Source: Octopus sinensis (Eukaryota). Taken from it: 64,000 nt of DNA. The notes beneath the pieces are model-generated. The model saw only the letters and a program-made list of their open reading frames with translations. It ran no database searches and had not been told where the DNA came from. A program made the position numbers and the translations under genes. Of this stretch, positions 27,135 through 41,744 are shown one piece after another. The DNA is taken from contig NC_043010.1 of NCBI RefSeq assembly GCF_006345805.1, forward strand, positions 46,376,001-46,440,000, given 5' to 3'. The first letter of the stretch is position 1. Every line of letters begins with the position of its first letter.

Positions 27135-30100
27135 ACAAACGATGGATAGGTATCAGTTCATTACAGCTGTTTCCAACAAACTTTTTAATTGGTTAACAGG
27201 TACATTATATAATAAAAAAACTGTTTTCTTCAGTATTAGGAACATTTAAAAACCCAGTGCCTTGCCAGCTAAATGTCTTATTTACCTGAATCCTAATATG
27301 TGTGTGTGCGTGTGTGTGTGTGTGTGTGTGTTTGTTTGTGTTCATGCCTTTGTGTCTGTGTTTGTCTCCCAACACTGATTGACAACCAATGTTGATGTAT
27401 TTACATCCCCATAACTTGGTGGTTCAGCAAAAGAGACTGCTAGAATAAGTACCAAAATTTACAAAAAAATAGCTGCTAGAGACAATTCATTCTACAAAAA
27501 TTTCTTCAAGCAGTGCCCCTGCACGGCTGCAGTCTATAGACTGATACTAGTAAGGAAAAAAAAAGATAATCAATGCTCTTAAAAAGTTAACTGGAAAACA
27601 AAATTGTTTTTAAAACTAGTTAGTCATATTTCCATTGCAACCTCATACATGGGTACATTCTACAGGAATTTATTGGGTCAACTCCAGATTCATACTGACA
27701 AACTTCACATACAAAACCAATTTGTAGCATTACTCATCGTCTATGTATATAAAGTTCATTTAGTTTACATGAATACTCTAGACAAAACAATGATCTTTTT
27801 CCCTGAAGCTTGGCTGAGAGGCATAGCTAAAATCTCAGTCAGCTGGCTCTATTTCCCTTAACATAGGAAAACTGATGTAATCCCGCCTTCTACACATCAA
27901 CCTAACAGATTTGTTAATTCAACATTGAAAAAGCTAACAGGGTCACCAATTGTATATTACTGCAGCTTTCATTATGTATGCATGCATATGATGCATTCAA
28001 ACAAAATTATATTTCATATCTGCAAATGGTAATATGTTTCTTTTGAAAACATCTTCTTCGTTCTTTTTTTTTTTTTTTTGTTATTCCTTACATTATTATG
28101 TTATCAGAACAAAAATTATGTTTACATATGACATGATTGTGAATTTGAATACAAATAAAACACATCTTACAAACAATGGAGTCAAAAATTGAATTGTTTT
28201 GAGGGAGAAAAAGTAAAGTGTGTGTGAATAAATATATGTGTATGTATATACAGATGGTTATGAATCTTTCTCTCTCTCTCTCTCTCTCTCTCCTCTCTCT
28301 CTCCATGCACAAATGCGTGTACATAATGAACGTGTGTGCATATATTTACACATGGATTATATATATATATACATACATATGTGTGCGTGTGTATATATAT
28401 ATGTTTGGGTGTGTGTTTGCCTGAATGTTTATAAGATAAAACTTAGACTTTACATATCTTTTTTCCATCATGCTTCCTCTCTAACTTGTTTTGTTTTCTT
28501 TCCTTTCTCTTTTCTTTATTCCTCCACACACCCTTTTCCTCTCCCTTTGTTTTCTTCATCAAATCCTCTTTATCATTCTTAACCTTACCCTTTCAAAGGC
28601 ATAGCACACATATTTTCACACTTGTTCTGTTTATATCACCAGAATTATGGAAATAGGCAAACATCTCCAGAGAAGGACAAAATTTTCCTACGGCAATAGC
28701 TATTTGTTATGAAATTAAATTTTTGGATGGTTAATCTTGGATTGTAATATGAGAAAAGAGGCATTGTACTTCCACTCAAAACGTAAATGAAAAAGATATA
28801 TTTATATTTTTCTGCTTGCTGAATCAATATAAAATGGTTATTCAATATCATTTTACATAACATATATGGAATATCTTTACATGTTTTAAAAGGTGTTTTG
28901 AGGAAATTTAATGAACCAACAAAACTAAGGAGAAACTCATGATTGGGGATAAAAATAAACCTTTTATTATAAAATCAACACCAGTTTTTGTGAAGTTGGC
29001 TGAAATACACTACTTGTTTCAAAGTGTAATTGTGTAATTCTCACTTGTAACACACCTGTTGGCTAAAAAGATAAAATAAAAATAAAACCTCAGGTATAGT
29101 GAAAAACAACAATGAGTAAAATTTACTTTGTATCAGCTGGTAATATTAAATATACATGTGTTTGCAATAATATAACTTAGAAAAATTATTTATAAGTGTT
29201 CAGTGAGTATTTTATCTAACCTGCTATGATGTGCATGTACGCACACACACACATGCACACACACACACACTCACACAAGCACACACACACACACACACAT
29301 ACACACACACACTCTCACTCACTCACACACACTCTCACTCACAGTTTCTTTACAGGTTGTGTTACATAAACAAACAAAAAAAGGTGTGAAAATGCACAAT
29401 GGCATTCAGAGAATTATTGGTAATCTTTGGAAACAAAAGCAAGTGTAATATTTCATTTAAATGTATTAAATCTTTTTAACTTACTTAACCAGTTTCATCC
29501 ATGAATTTATGGATTTATCAAAGAAATGAATGGTGAAGAAGACTGGCCTGCAAGAGTCCTGTGCCGGTGCCATGTTAAAAGCACCCAACACACACTCTAA
29601 AGTGGTTGGCATTAGGAAGGACAATCAACTGTAGAAACCAAGCCAAATCAGACTGGAATTTGGTGTAGTTCCGGCTTGCTAGTTCTGGTCAAACCATCCA
29701 GCCCTTGCCAGCATAGAAAACAGACATTAAAAGATGATGATAACAACTAAGAAAAAGAAAAAAGATGCTCCAAATGTCTCTGGTATACCATAATAAATGG
29801 AATGGGTTTTCTTTTTCCTTTTTTTTTTAAATTTGGACTAACAATTTAAAGTTTTTCCTCATATCTTTAAAATTAAGCTTTCAATATTCAGCAGAGAAAA
29901 CCTCTCTCAAAGCTTAACATTGAGCAATTTTTACAAAACATGAATTGAGTCAGAAACTTCTGTGTAATTTGAGATCAACCAAGTGGATTAAAGAATACCC
30001 TATTCATGTGCAATCACTGGTCTCTGTATGCAATGTTGGTATATGTCTTGAAATACAAATGCTCAACCCCTACAAGGTCTCAGTTCTGACAACAAAGTGG

Positions 30101-30788
30101 CAGAGTAACCAGACTGAGCTACAAGTAGTGGAATCTACTCCTTGTTAGGGTGGCATGCAACTATTTTCTTTTTAATTGAGCTACTTCTTGCTTTAAAATT
30201 TTAATTTTTAAAAGCAAGAATTTTATTGAATACCACTTTAAATTATCTACTAAGTAAATTCAGACTGACCTACAAGCCATACTACTGAATACATTTTCAT
30301 TTTGAGGAATATATCTTCATTTGTTTGTTTCACTGGTATATGTTAAGAGATCATCATCATTGTACAGCCCTCCTACATTGATTGTAGGAAAGTTGGACTA
30401 TAAGATTGATAGTAAGTATAAAAGCTGGTCAAATCACTTATCTCCAGTATGTCTGTTGTGCCCATACATTAAAATAGATATTTGATTGCTTTTTAACTAT
30501 TTAATTATTGCAAAATTACTAGAATTTTCTGGGCATATAGAACTATCTTCATTTCTACATTAGTGAGCAAGCTGGGATAATTCAGGGTTACAACAACCAT
30601 GACCTTGGAGGTTGTTGTATAGTAGTAGTAGTCTTTCATGTAAAAATTTACAATATTTGTGTGGGGTTAGGTTTTTACCATTTAGTGACATTCAGCGTGT
30701 TAATCCACAGAAGTGTAACACCTTGTGTTTCAGGAATAATTTTGTCTAATATGTGTTTACTAATACTTCCTATATTGTTCTTCACTAG

Positions 30789-30822
30789 TTTTCCAAAGTC
30801 AGATGACAGATTTATTGTCAAA
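30789..30822 (+). CDS. Candidate 34-nt internal exon (FPKSDDRFIVK or FQSQMTDLLS)
   Basis: Branch-point-like TACTAAT, pyrimidine tract, ctag| acceptor, AAA|GTGAGG donor. Confidence 0.3.
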
Positions 30823-33011
30823 GTGAGGTTATGATCCTTGAATATGAAATATGGTTGTTTGGGTGTAAGTGGTCATTCCATTCTGTTGTCTATTTTTTAA
30901 GGTGCAATAAGGCAGCAAGCTGGCAGAATTGTTACTGCACTGGGCAAAATGCTTGGCAGCACTTCTTCCAAGTTAACATTTGGAGTTGAAAAACTGCCAG
31001 GATTCACACCCAATTTACCTTTCATCCTTTCAAGGTCAAAAAAATAAGTACCAGTTGAGCACTGGGGCCAATTTGACTTACCCCCTCCCCAACATTACTG
31101 TCCTTGTGCCAAACTTTGAAACTATTTTAAGATGCAATGTTATTTTCTACTCTTTGTTGTTAATGTTTAAGGTCTCCTAGTTTGTTTTCTTGGGGGTTTT
31201 CTTCTTTTGGTTGTATATCTTTTGGGAATTCTTTATATCATCTATATTTCTGTTTTAGTTCCTTGAAAACTATTACTTATTACTTACCTATCCCTTTTTG
31301 GTGTGAGTATGGCATCAGCTGATTCAGCAGAGATAACTGATTTGATCAGCTTCTACTTAGTACCAAACTTATATTCCAACCCATATGAGTTCAAAAGAGG
31401 ATTTTACTGTAACATTGGTCTTCTATAACTTAGGAATTTCAACCTTCAGCCAACAGAGATATACTCAGAAAAATCTTACCCACCTTCTTTAAAACCTACA
31501 GATTTTCTACAACCATTGAAGCAAACCACTCTATTTTTTCAGATGCTGCACTTAAACTTAATAATTCACTACCCTACCCATTTTGTAAACTAAATGAAAC
31601 AATGTCACTTTCAAAATCATTCAGACCACTTGAAAAACCTTAACAACTTAGCCACAAGCATCTCATGGATGCTGTGTGTGTGTGTGTGTGTGTGTGCACG
31701 TGCATGTTTGTGTGTGTGTATACTGAGATAGTGAGAGACATTTGCATATGTATGTATGCCAACACTCATAATTTATTTATATATTAAAATTACATTTTGC
31801 TTTGGGTGAATGACCTTTCAAAAGGAAAGATTCTTGTAAACATCCAGTGGATATATAAACTTTAATGAAATCATTTAAACTCAAGAGCATTTATCATACA
31901 GGTTGTTATTTTAAGATATCACTATGAGATAACGTTATTTCTTGATTGTGTGTTTAATTCTTCTTGATGAGAGTTGCCATTGAAAATTATTTCCTGAAGA
32001 CGGTTGACAGAAATGTATTGGTTTACATTACATATAATATGTAAAAATGCATGTAAGAAATATAAATTATCCTATTATCAAAAAAGAAAACGACAAAAGT
32101 AATTATTTTCTGAAAACCAGTTAGTGAGATTTATGGTTTCTCTGGGGTTTTTTTTTCTATGGAAAAAAAAAATTATTACTGAGCCAATTAAAAACCAGTA
32201 CCAGACCTCTTATCCAGTGTTACCTTCAAAAGACTAGGTACTTTTGAAATTGGCTAGTTTTGAATTAGGTGTACCACCTGTTGTTCATTCTGCAGCCACT
32301 TTGTTGGTTAATTTACATACGGTGTATTAAAAATAGTTGTATGTTTTACTTTTTTTTAATGAATTGATAAAGGTTAAACATGCTCTTATTTCGAAGTGGG
32401 TTAATTTATACCTGTATTTGTTAAATTTTCCTTCGTTTACTTTTTATCTTATAAACATTATACTGAATACATGGTACAGTATGATATATTTTAGAAATGT
32501 TTAACCACACAACCATACTGGCATCTATAGTTAAAGTAGTTTGTATTTTGAAAAGTAATTGTCTTTACATTTATTCTGTTCTGGAATTTAGAAATTTAAA
32601 ATGATCATGAAGTTGGTTTCACCAGTTCTCAGCTGATAATCATTTCAGCTTAGTAGACTGGAGCATTGTGATGTGGAATGATGTGCCTTGCTCAAGAGGA
32701 CAACATACCGTCTGGTATAGTCAGATATAGTCATTCATAGCTATTTTATTGTGTCATTTTAAAAATAAAGAATCACATCATTGAAATCTCAAAGCCATGA
32801 AATGATACAAGATTAATTTTACATAGTGTGAATACATAAGCTTTACATTTTACAGAATAATCTGAATGCTAAAGGGTTAATGGTGATGTTGTTACCAAAT
32901 CTAGTTCATTTATATCATGTTTTATTGAGAGGTATCAGAAGTTGTAGCTTCTTCAACAAATCCCCAGATTCATTCCATTTGATTCAAATGTTCATGTATT
33001 GTCATAAACCA

Positions 33012-33021
33012 TGCACACACA

Positions 33022-33052
<31 letters not shown>

Positions 33053-33235
33053 CTCACTCACTCACTCATCACTCACTCCTCACTCCTCACTCACTCACTC
33101 ACTCACTCACTCACTCACTCACTCACTCACTCCTCACTCACTCACTCACTCACTCACTCACTCACTCCTCACTCCTCACTCCTCACTCACTCACTCACTC
33201 ACTCACTCACTCACTCACTCACTCACTCACTCACA
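33012..33235. repeat. (CA)n plus (CACT)n microsatellite
   Basis: Seen directly. Confidence 0.96.
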
Positions 33236-33726
33236 TATTATTTCTTTATGGCAATAGTTGAGTTTCAAGGTGAATTATCATAAAGCAATGTATTTTTCTC
33301 TATAACTTTGCTGTATCATTCAAAACTTGCCGTTAGTTTCTTATCTGTGATTTGAACTGGAAGCAATGCATTTCTATGTTGCTAGCCTATGTTTTCATCA
33401 GAGTAGAGAAATCAGTGTTAAAAGTTTTATTCATAATAGTCCTCATTTAATTATCCTCTGAGCTTGCATTGTATCTAGTTATATTATTTGTAGATTTCTA
33501 CTGGCATTTCCTGTAATGAATGCCAACACAACACCAATTTCTGCTTTTGCAACAACAGGCTGCATTCAGTTCTATTGCACAATAAGAAGTTAACTGATTT
33601 CTATCCTTATTGTCTTCCACTTGATTAAAACTGTTTTGTGATTTATAAATTGGATTGAATCCAATTTCGTTAGTGGGAGGAATTAGATGACTAAAATAAG
33701 ATTGTTAATTTTCTTGTATTACATAC

Positions 33727-33764
33727 CTGGCAGAAAAAGTTAGGTTTGGTGGATGATGTGAAAA
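33727..33764 (-). CDS. Candidate 38-nt internal exon (FTSSTKPNFFCQ or FSHHPPNLTFSA)
   Basis: Very strong acceptor tttccccccctcccctcttttctag| and CAG|GTATGT donor. Confidence 0.35.
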
Positions 33765-33974
33765 CTAGAAAAGAGGGGAGGGGGGAAATTGATTATTCAG
33801 AGTTGATGTTATGTAAAAAAAAATAAACATTTATTTGATGTGTTTATTGTTCCGTTTGATTTTCTTTCAATAAAATAAATTATAAGAATTTTCTTAGCAA
33901 ATTAACCTGTTTTTACAGAGATGTACTTGCATAGCAAGTGACCTGATCTGAGTTCTTTGACAATTATTGGTGCA

Positions 33975-34320
33975 GGTGTGGCTGTATTGTTTGATGCTTG
34001 TTTCCCAACCACATGGTTCTGGGTTCAGTCCCACAGTGTGGCACCTTGTGCAAGTGTCTTCTACTATAGTGTCAGGCGAACCAAAGCCTTGTGTGTGGAT
34101 TTGGTCAATGGAAATTGAAAGAAGCCTGTCATATACATATATATGTGTGTGTATCTTTGTGTTTGTATTTGTCCCCACCACCACCACCACTTAACAGCTG
34201 GTGTTGGTGTGTTTATATCCCTGTAACTTAGCAGTTCATCAAAGGAGACTGATAGAATAAGTACTAAGCTTTAAAAAATGAGTACTGGGGTCAATTTGTT
34301 TGGCTTAAAACTGAAAGAAG
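33975..34320 (+). mobile_element. SINE family A, decayed
   Basis: Head and body similarity. Confidence 0.8.
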
Positions 34321-34943
34321 CTCATCAGAGTGTGTATGTGCACGTGCATGCATGTGTGTTTGTGTGAGTGTTTCCTTGTCTTAATTTCACATGGTAGTTG
34401 AAAATGAGTGTCACTGTCATATGACAGTAAAAATTCTGTAAAAACTTGTCTGGCCATGGGAAGACGTTACCTTGCTTGGAAACAGGGTGTGTGTTGGCAA
34501 CTGGAAGGGCTTTTTCTGGCCATAGAAAATCTGCATCAAATAAACTCTGCAAGTATGGATATTAACTCAATGTTGACAATATAGTATATCGAGGATGGCA
34601 GAATAGAATTTCAAAGAAAATTGGCTCCACTATATTATAAGTGGGTTGAACAGCTATGTAGAGATTCCTTTATATGGTAATACAGTGTTATCTGCTATCA
34701 TATGTTCTCTGTATTACAGTCAGTTTGAAGATTATGGGAATGGTAGAATAGCACACTGAATAAACACTTTACATTATTTAGTTTCATTCATATATACTCT
34801 GCTATAAAGATTTCATTTCCTTATATTTTTGAAATCTAGAAAATTTTTGGCAGACTTAAATTCTGGTCATGATTTTGCATTGAACCTTGAAACTTGGCCT
34901 TTAAATTATCTACTTCTCAATTCCTCCAGACTAATTTTGTTTC

Positions 34944-34990
<47 letters not shown>

Positions 34991-35475
34991 TTTTTACAAA
35001 GAAGAAAACTGAAGAATTAAAACTGCAAACCTCTATACAATTATGTGTAGCTAATTTTTGTCTATTTAGACGCCAACTTGTTGTATTTCAGTTTGAGATT
35101 TTGTAGATAATTATTTCTGATGGCATGTATTCAAATATATAAATAGACAACCCAGTTTTCTGCACTGCTTGCCTTCACCACAATCAACACTGCTTTAGAA
35201 ATATTTTTACTTGCATTGCTTAACTGACTTCTGGAATCTGATTCAACTTAAAATCTACCTATGGAAATATTAAAACTAAGAAGATTATTCTATTACAATG
35301 TTTATCACTAGAAACTTTACTTCTCACTCTTTTTTTTTGGTTTGTTTTTTTTGTTTTGCTTTAAACATTGGTAGATGTTTGACCTATGTGTTTGGAGCTT
35401 AGCAGTTGGAGAAAATAACTAAAAAAAAAAAGTTTTATTGTTTAAGTTTGAATACCTTGTTTTCTCATAATACAT

Positions 35476-35478
35476 AAT

Positions 35479-35525
<47 letters not shown>

Positions 35526-35733
35526 TATATATAATATTACATACATTAGCTTATAACATACATACAATATATTATATATATATATATATATACATACATA
35601 TATACATATATATATAATATATATATATATATATACATTACATATATACATATATATATATATATATAATATATATACATACATACATATATACATATAT
35701 ATATATTATTATATATATATATACATACATAAT

Positions 35734-35816
<83 letters not shown>

Positions 35817-35886
35817 CATATACATACATAACATATATATATATATATATATATATCTATTATATATATCTATATATATATATAAT

Positions 35887-35929
<43 letters not shown>

Positions 35930-36679
35930 TATAATATACATAATACATATATATATATATATATATAATACACATATACATACAATATATATATATATAT
36001 ATATACATATATATATACATACATACATACATATATATCAATATACATACTATATTATACATACATATATAGTATATATATATACATACATATATATATA
36101 CATATATATATACATATATATATATACATATATATATATATACATATATATATACATTAACATATATATATACATATATATATACATATATATATATACA
36201 TTATATAATATACATATATACAATTATATATACCACACACACAATTAATTATTATCGCTGGTATATATATATATATATACACATATATATAGATATATAT
36301 ATATGATTATTATATATATATATATACATATATATATCTTATATATAGTTATAATATATATATATATTATATATAATATATATACATATAATATATAGAT
36401 ATATACATAATATATATAGATACATATATATATATACATATATATCTATATATACATTAGACATATATATATATATATACATATACATATACACATACAT
36501 ATATAATTATATTACATATATATATATATACAATATATAGACTATATAATATATATATATATAATATATACATATATACATATATATATATATACATATA
36601 TATATTATATACATATATATATATATAATATATATATAATAATGATATACATATATATCTATACATAATATATTATATT

Positions 36680-36718
<39 letters not shown>

Positions 36719-36795
36719 CTATATAGACATATATATAATACATATATCTTATATATATATATATAGAATATATTATATATAACTAATATATATAT

Positions 36796-36833
<38 letters not shown>

Positions 36834-36867
36834 TATATATATATATTAACATATATATAATTACATA

Positions 36868-36921
<54 letters not shown>

Positions 36922-36930
36922 CATATATAT

Positions 36931-36961
<31 letters not shown>

Positions 36962-36965
36962 TTAC

Positions 36966-37006
<41 letters not shown>

Positions 37007-37058
37007 CATATATATATATATATATATATACATATATATATACATATATATATATATA

Positions 37059-37140
<82 letters not shown>

Positions 37141-37145
37141 CTATA
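35476..37145. repeat. Approximately 1.7-kb degenerate (AT)n/(ATAC)n microsatellite
   Basis: Seen directly; irregular, so length and phase may be affected by assembly error. Confidence 0.96.
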
Positions 37146-37529
37146 CTAGCAGTATCGCCCGGCGTTGCTCGGGTTTGTAAGGGAAAAACTATATAAGCAT
37201 TTTAGAGAGTTATAGCCAAAAATAGGAAAAATGCATTTAAAAATGGCAAAAAAATTAAGGTAAATTTCTTTTTAAATCGTTGACAACATCGTAGATATTT
37301 TAGAGAGTTACTTCCCTTATATAATAGCGAAAAAAAATGGAAAAAATATGATGGTAAATTTTTTAAATCGTCGTAGACTCATCGAGATGCGCGATATACC
37401 AGAAGGGCTCGATATGACTCACGACTATAAGATACCCGGTTTTGGTTACACTGCCACCGCAAAATGTGGGAGTAGTTAGGAATCTAAATGGTAGAGACAG
37501 ACAAACAACTTCACTCTTATATATAAAGA
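37146..37529 (-). mobile_element. Non-autonomous Helitron, subfamily 1
   Basis: A|CTAG...TATATAAAGA|T termini; body matches the 2452 copy. Confidence 0.88.
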
Positions 37530-37640
37530 TATAAGTCACGTAGTTATAAACACATACTTTGTTATATACACATTCTTAAAAGAAAATGTTATTTTGTATA
37601 CAACATTTATAAAGAATAAAATATGTTTTGGTTTTCTTAA

Positions 37641-38520
37641 CCCTTTCGTTACTATATTTCTGGACCAAAATACACCCCTTATGTGTTTCAATTAATTTCT
37701 AACGTAATCATAAATTAGTCTGGTTTCATTAAAACAACAATAACTTTTTTATTTATAATATATTAATGAATTTGGAAGATAATTAATGAAATGTCCTCAA
37801 CCAATTCTATACTATAATTTTGTCACAAAGTGACTCTAATTGCAGGTAGATACAGGTAAATTCAACAATATATAATTATTAAAATTTTGTTCAACATCGC
37901 TATAGAAAATGGGGTTATTAGCTAATATTCAATTGGGTATACAACAAAATTTTACGATAGAATTTGTTATTCTGGGTAACTTTCTGATACCCATAATAAT
38001 ATTTATGGCAAAATAGGCCTTAATTTCATTAAGGTTGTTGTGAGAAATAACAAACTATCCTTTTCTTTCGTTTTGTTTACGTTTAGCGTAACGTTTCGTT
38101 TCTGCCGTAATGATTTCAAATGGGCTCATTCGAAAAAGTAAATAGAAATAGTCTAAGGCTTTACTCTTCTGGGAAAGTCTGGGCTTGGTGCAGTCTTCAG
38201 AAAAATCACCGAAAGAAACAGTTTTTAAATTTTCACTCCATTCAGGACCAATTCGTTTCTTTATCGCTGTCGGATTCACTGTTTTCACTTTAATAGCTGC
38301 AAACTTGCAAAGACAAAGGAGGAGAAGGGTGATAGCGTCCAGTGAAACAATTCGCTCCCTTTGTGTGTGGTGCGTTTGCGTGTGGTGTAAACCACATTAA
38401 GAAAAAACATTTGACATACACACCAGAATGAGTTTTCTGTAAATTTTGCTTAATTGGAGTTTAAATTTTTAAAAATGGACCTGGCATGACCGATGCATTC
38501 TACTCTTAAAAATGCTAGGT
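37641..38520 (-). mobile_element. Internally deleted piggyBac element
   Basis: TTAA|CCCTTTCGTTAC terminus at 37637-37652, shared with the MITE at 46629; contains a transposase remnant; the other end is degenerate, so that boundary is approximate. Confidence 0.65.
38055..38288 (-). pseudogene. piggyBac transposase N-terminal remnant
   Basis: KALDYFYLLFRMSPFEIITAETKRYAKRKQ resembles the conserved P(L/F)DYFxLFF...I(V)xETNRYA segment of piggyBac (DDE_Tnp_1_7) transposases. Confidence 0.75.
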
Positions 38521-38597
38521 AAATTGTAATTGAAGAAATCCTATATTGTAGATTTCTATAAGTTACAAAGGGAGGCAGATAAATTGCCTTTTATAAA

Positions 38598-38612
38598 GAT
38601 ATATATATATAT

Positions 38613-38651
<39 letters not shown>

Positions 38652-38675
38652 TGTTATATATACATTACACATACA

Positions 38676-38717
<42 letters not shown>

Positions 38718-39060
38718 ATATATATAATATATATATATATATATAATATACCCATACACATATATATACATATATATATATAATATATATACATATACAC
38801 ATACATATATTACATATATCTATATATACATATACACATACCTATAGATACATATATATATATATATATACATATACACCTACATAATATACATATATTA
38901 TATTATATATATATTACCTATACACAACTATATAATATATATACATATACACTACATATATATACATAATATATATATAATATTATAAATATACACATAC
39001 ATATATATACATATACACAACATATATATAAATTATATATATATATACATATACACATAC

Positions 39061-39101
<41 letters not shown>

Positions 39102-39159
39102 ACCACATACATATATATACATATATATTATATTATTATATATATACATATACACATAC

Positions 39160-39211
<52 letters not shown>

Positions 39212-39452
39212 TATAACATACATATATAATATATATATATATATATATATACATATACACACATATATATATAGATAGATATACTATACACATACATATA
39301 TATATATATATTATATATAATATACACATACATATATATACAATATATACATATACACATACATATATATACATATATATATATATATATAATATACACA
39401 TACATATATATATATATATACATATAACATATATATATACATATACACATAC

Positions 39453-39484
<32 letters not shown>

Positions 39485-39813
39485 ATATATAGACAATACA
39501 CATACATATATACACATATATATATATATATACATATACACATACATATATATACATATACAATACATATATACAATATATATATATAATACTATATATA
39601 TATATACATATACACATACATATATATACATTATATATATATATTAATATATATATATATATACAATACAAATACATATATATACATATATATAATATAT
39701 ACATAATACATATATATATATCTATATATATATATATACATATGCACATACATATATTATAATTATTATATATACATTATACTACATATATATACATATA
39801 TATATATACATAC

Positions 39814-39865
<52 letters not shown>

Positions 39866-39940
39866 CATACATATATATATATTATATATATACAATATAC
39901 ACACACACACACATATAATATATACATATATAATATATAC

Positions 39941-39972
<32 letters not shown>

Positions 39973-39995
39973 ATATATATAGATATACACATATA
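38598..39995. repeat. Approximately 1.4-kb degenerate (AT)n/(CATATACACATA) microsatellite
   Basis: Seen directly. Confidence 0.96.
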
Positions 39996-40850
39996 TAATT
40001 TGGTGCTTTGTTATTATTTTCCTTTTTGTGTGTGTGTGTATTATATTTTCTTTAAAATATCTATTCATAATAACTGATGGGAAAATATTCAGATATGTTT
40101 AAAGACTTCAGTATCATTTTACATTATTCATTATGAAACTAATACTATCCTTTTAAAGAGAATCGATATTGATAAAGATTTTACAGAGAAAATAGATTTT
40201 AGTACCCCACTATTGTTTGGTTTGCTTCATTCTTTCAATTATTCAAGAATAAAACAAAAATGAAGGAACCAAAAGCAGTTTTCATAAAAATCAATAGAAC
40301 AGTAAAGAACTGGGTTTCAAGATATGTTACTTTACAAAACTAATTTTTTTATTTTAAATGCTGACTCCATAGAGAAAGGCATTGTGAGTTTTATAATTAA
40401 AATAAATATTATTTCAATAGTTTTTCAAAATACGTTTTGTTATGAGAAGAAAGAGAAATTCCTATCAATATTGCTGATCAATGTTGGTATTATTTCAATT
40501 CAATTTTTAATATTTGATTTCAACATAGACAAGTTAAATAAATATTTATTATAAATTACAATATGAAATCATGAAATTAGACCTATAATAAAAACTCTTT
40601 ATCTTTAAATCTATGAAAAAAAGAAGAAAAACATCAATTCTTTTTTTTATTTTAAGTCTATTATTGTAACAGCCTGTTCCGTTCTTACTCTATTATTGAC
40701 TCTGTATGCTACTAGGGTTTTGGTGAAATGATTTCAGACATTTTACATTCACAAGTGGAATAAATTTGGAAATAAATGTTAGTTTTACCAATGCTTTATA
40801 CTGAGAAGATAAAATGGCTGAACTGTATCAAGTTTTGTGAACTGCACCAG

Positions 40851-40957
40851 TCATGAATCAAGATGTTCCTAGTGGATGGTGGGGAGCTATGTATAATAAT
40901 TCAAAGATTCACTTGGAAAGTTTTGAGACAAGTTTCAGAAAAGTGTATGGACAAAGG
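40851..40957 (+). CDS. Candidate 107-nt exon (MNQDVPSGWWGAMYNNSKIHLESFETSFRKVYGQR)
   Basis: caccag| acceptor, 35 open codons, AGG|GTATGA donor; no homology recognised. Confidence 0.25.
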
Positions 40958-40999
40958 GTATGAATGGGGTAGGGTGATTGACCTCCTTTGTTATTAAAA

Positions 41000-41185
41000 C
41001 CAACCAGCACACCAGATCACCTCTTCATCTCTTCACCACACCCCCTCATCGCTTCATCACACCCTTTGTCCCTATATCACACCCCCTCGTCTATTTACCA
41101 CACCCCTTCATTTCTTCACACCCTTTTGTGTCTTCACCATACTCTCTTATCTCTTCACCATACTCCTTTATCTTTCCACTATTTT
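41000..41185. repeat. Degenerate ~20-21-bp pyrimidine/CAC minisatellite
   Basis: Recurrent (T/C)TCTTCACCACACCCC units. Confidence 0.7.
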
Positions 41186-41347
41186 TTCCCTGAACAATGA
41201 TTATACACAATAATGGTTATACTTAACAATGATAACAATGGTTATACATAATAATCTTGATCAAGACCACCAAGGACATAATATAGATTATCTACAATTG
41301 TTTTACTTTTTAATTTCATGCTTCATGACTTAATTTTACTTTGATGA

Positions 41348-41744
41348 GGCGTAGAAGTGGCTGTGGTGTAGCTTGCTTACGAACCACATGGTTCCAGGTT
41401 CAGTCCTACTGCATGGCACCTTGGGCAAGTGTCTTCTACTATAGTCTCAGGACGACCAAAGCTTTGTGAGTGGATTTGGTCGACAGAAACTGAAAGAAGC
41501 CCGTCGTATATATGTATATATATGTGTGTATGTTTGTGTGTCTGTGTTTGTCCCCCCAACATCGCTTGACAACCGATGCTGGTGTGTTTACGTCCCTCTA
41601 ACTTAGCAGTTCGGCAAAAGAGATTGATAGAATAAGTACTAGGCTTACAAAGAATAAGTCCTGGGGTCGATTTGCTCAATCGACTAAAGGCAGTGCTCCA
41701 GCATGGCCACAGTCAAATGACTGAAACAAGTAAAAAGTAAAGAG
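41348..41744 (+). mobile_element. SINE family A, full length
   Basis: Complete head, body and tail. Confidence 0.92.

Noticed and set aside
30789-30822. SDDRFIVK resembling the PIKfyve/PIP5K DDRFILK motif
   Set aside because: Flanking kinase motifs (GGKSG, MENLF, DLKGS) were not found in the window, so no gene symbol was assigned.
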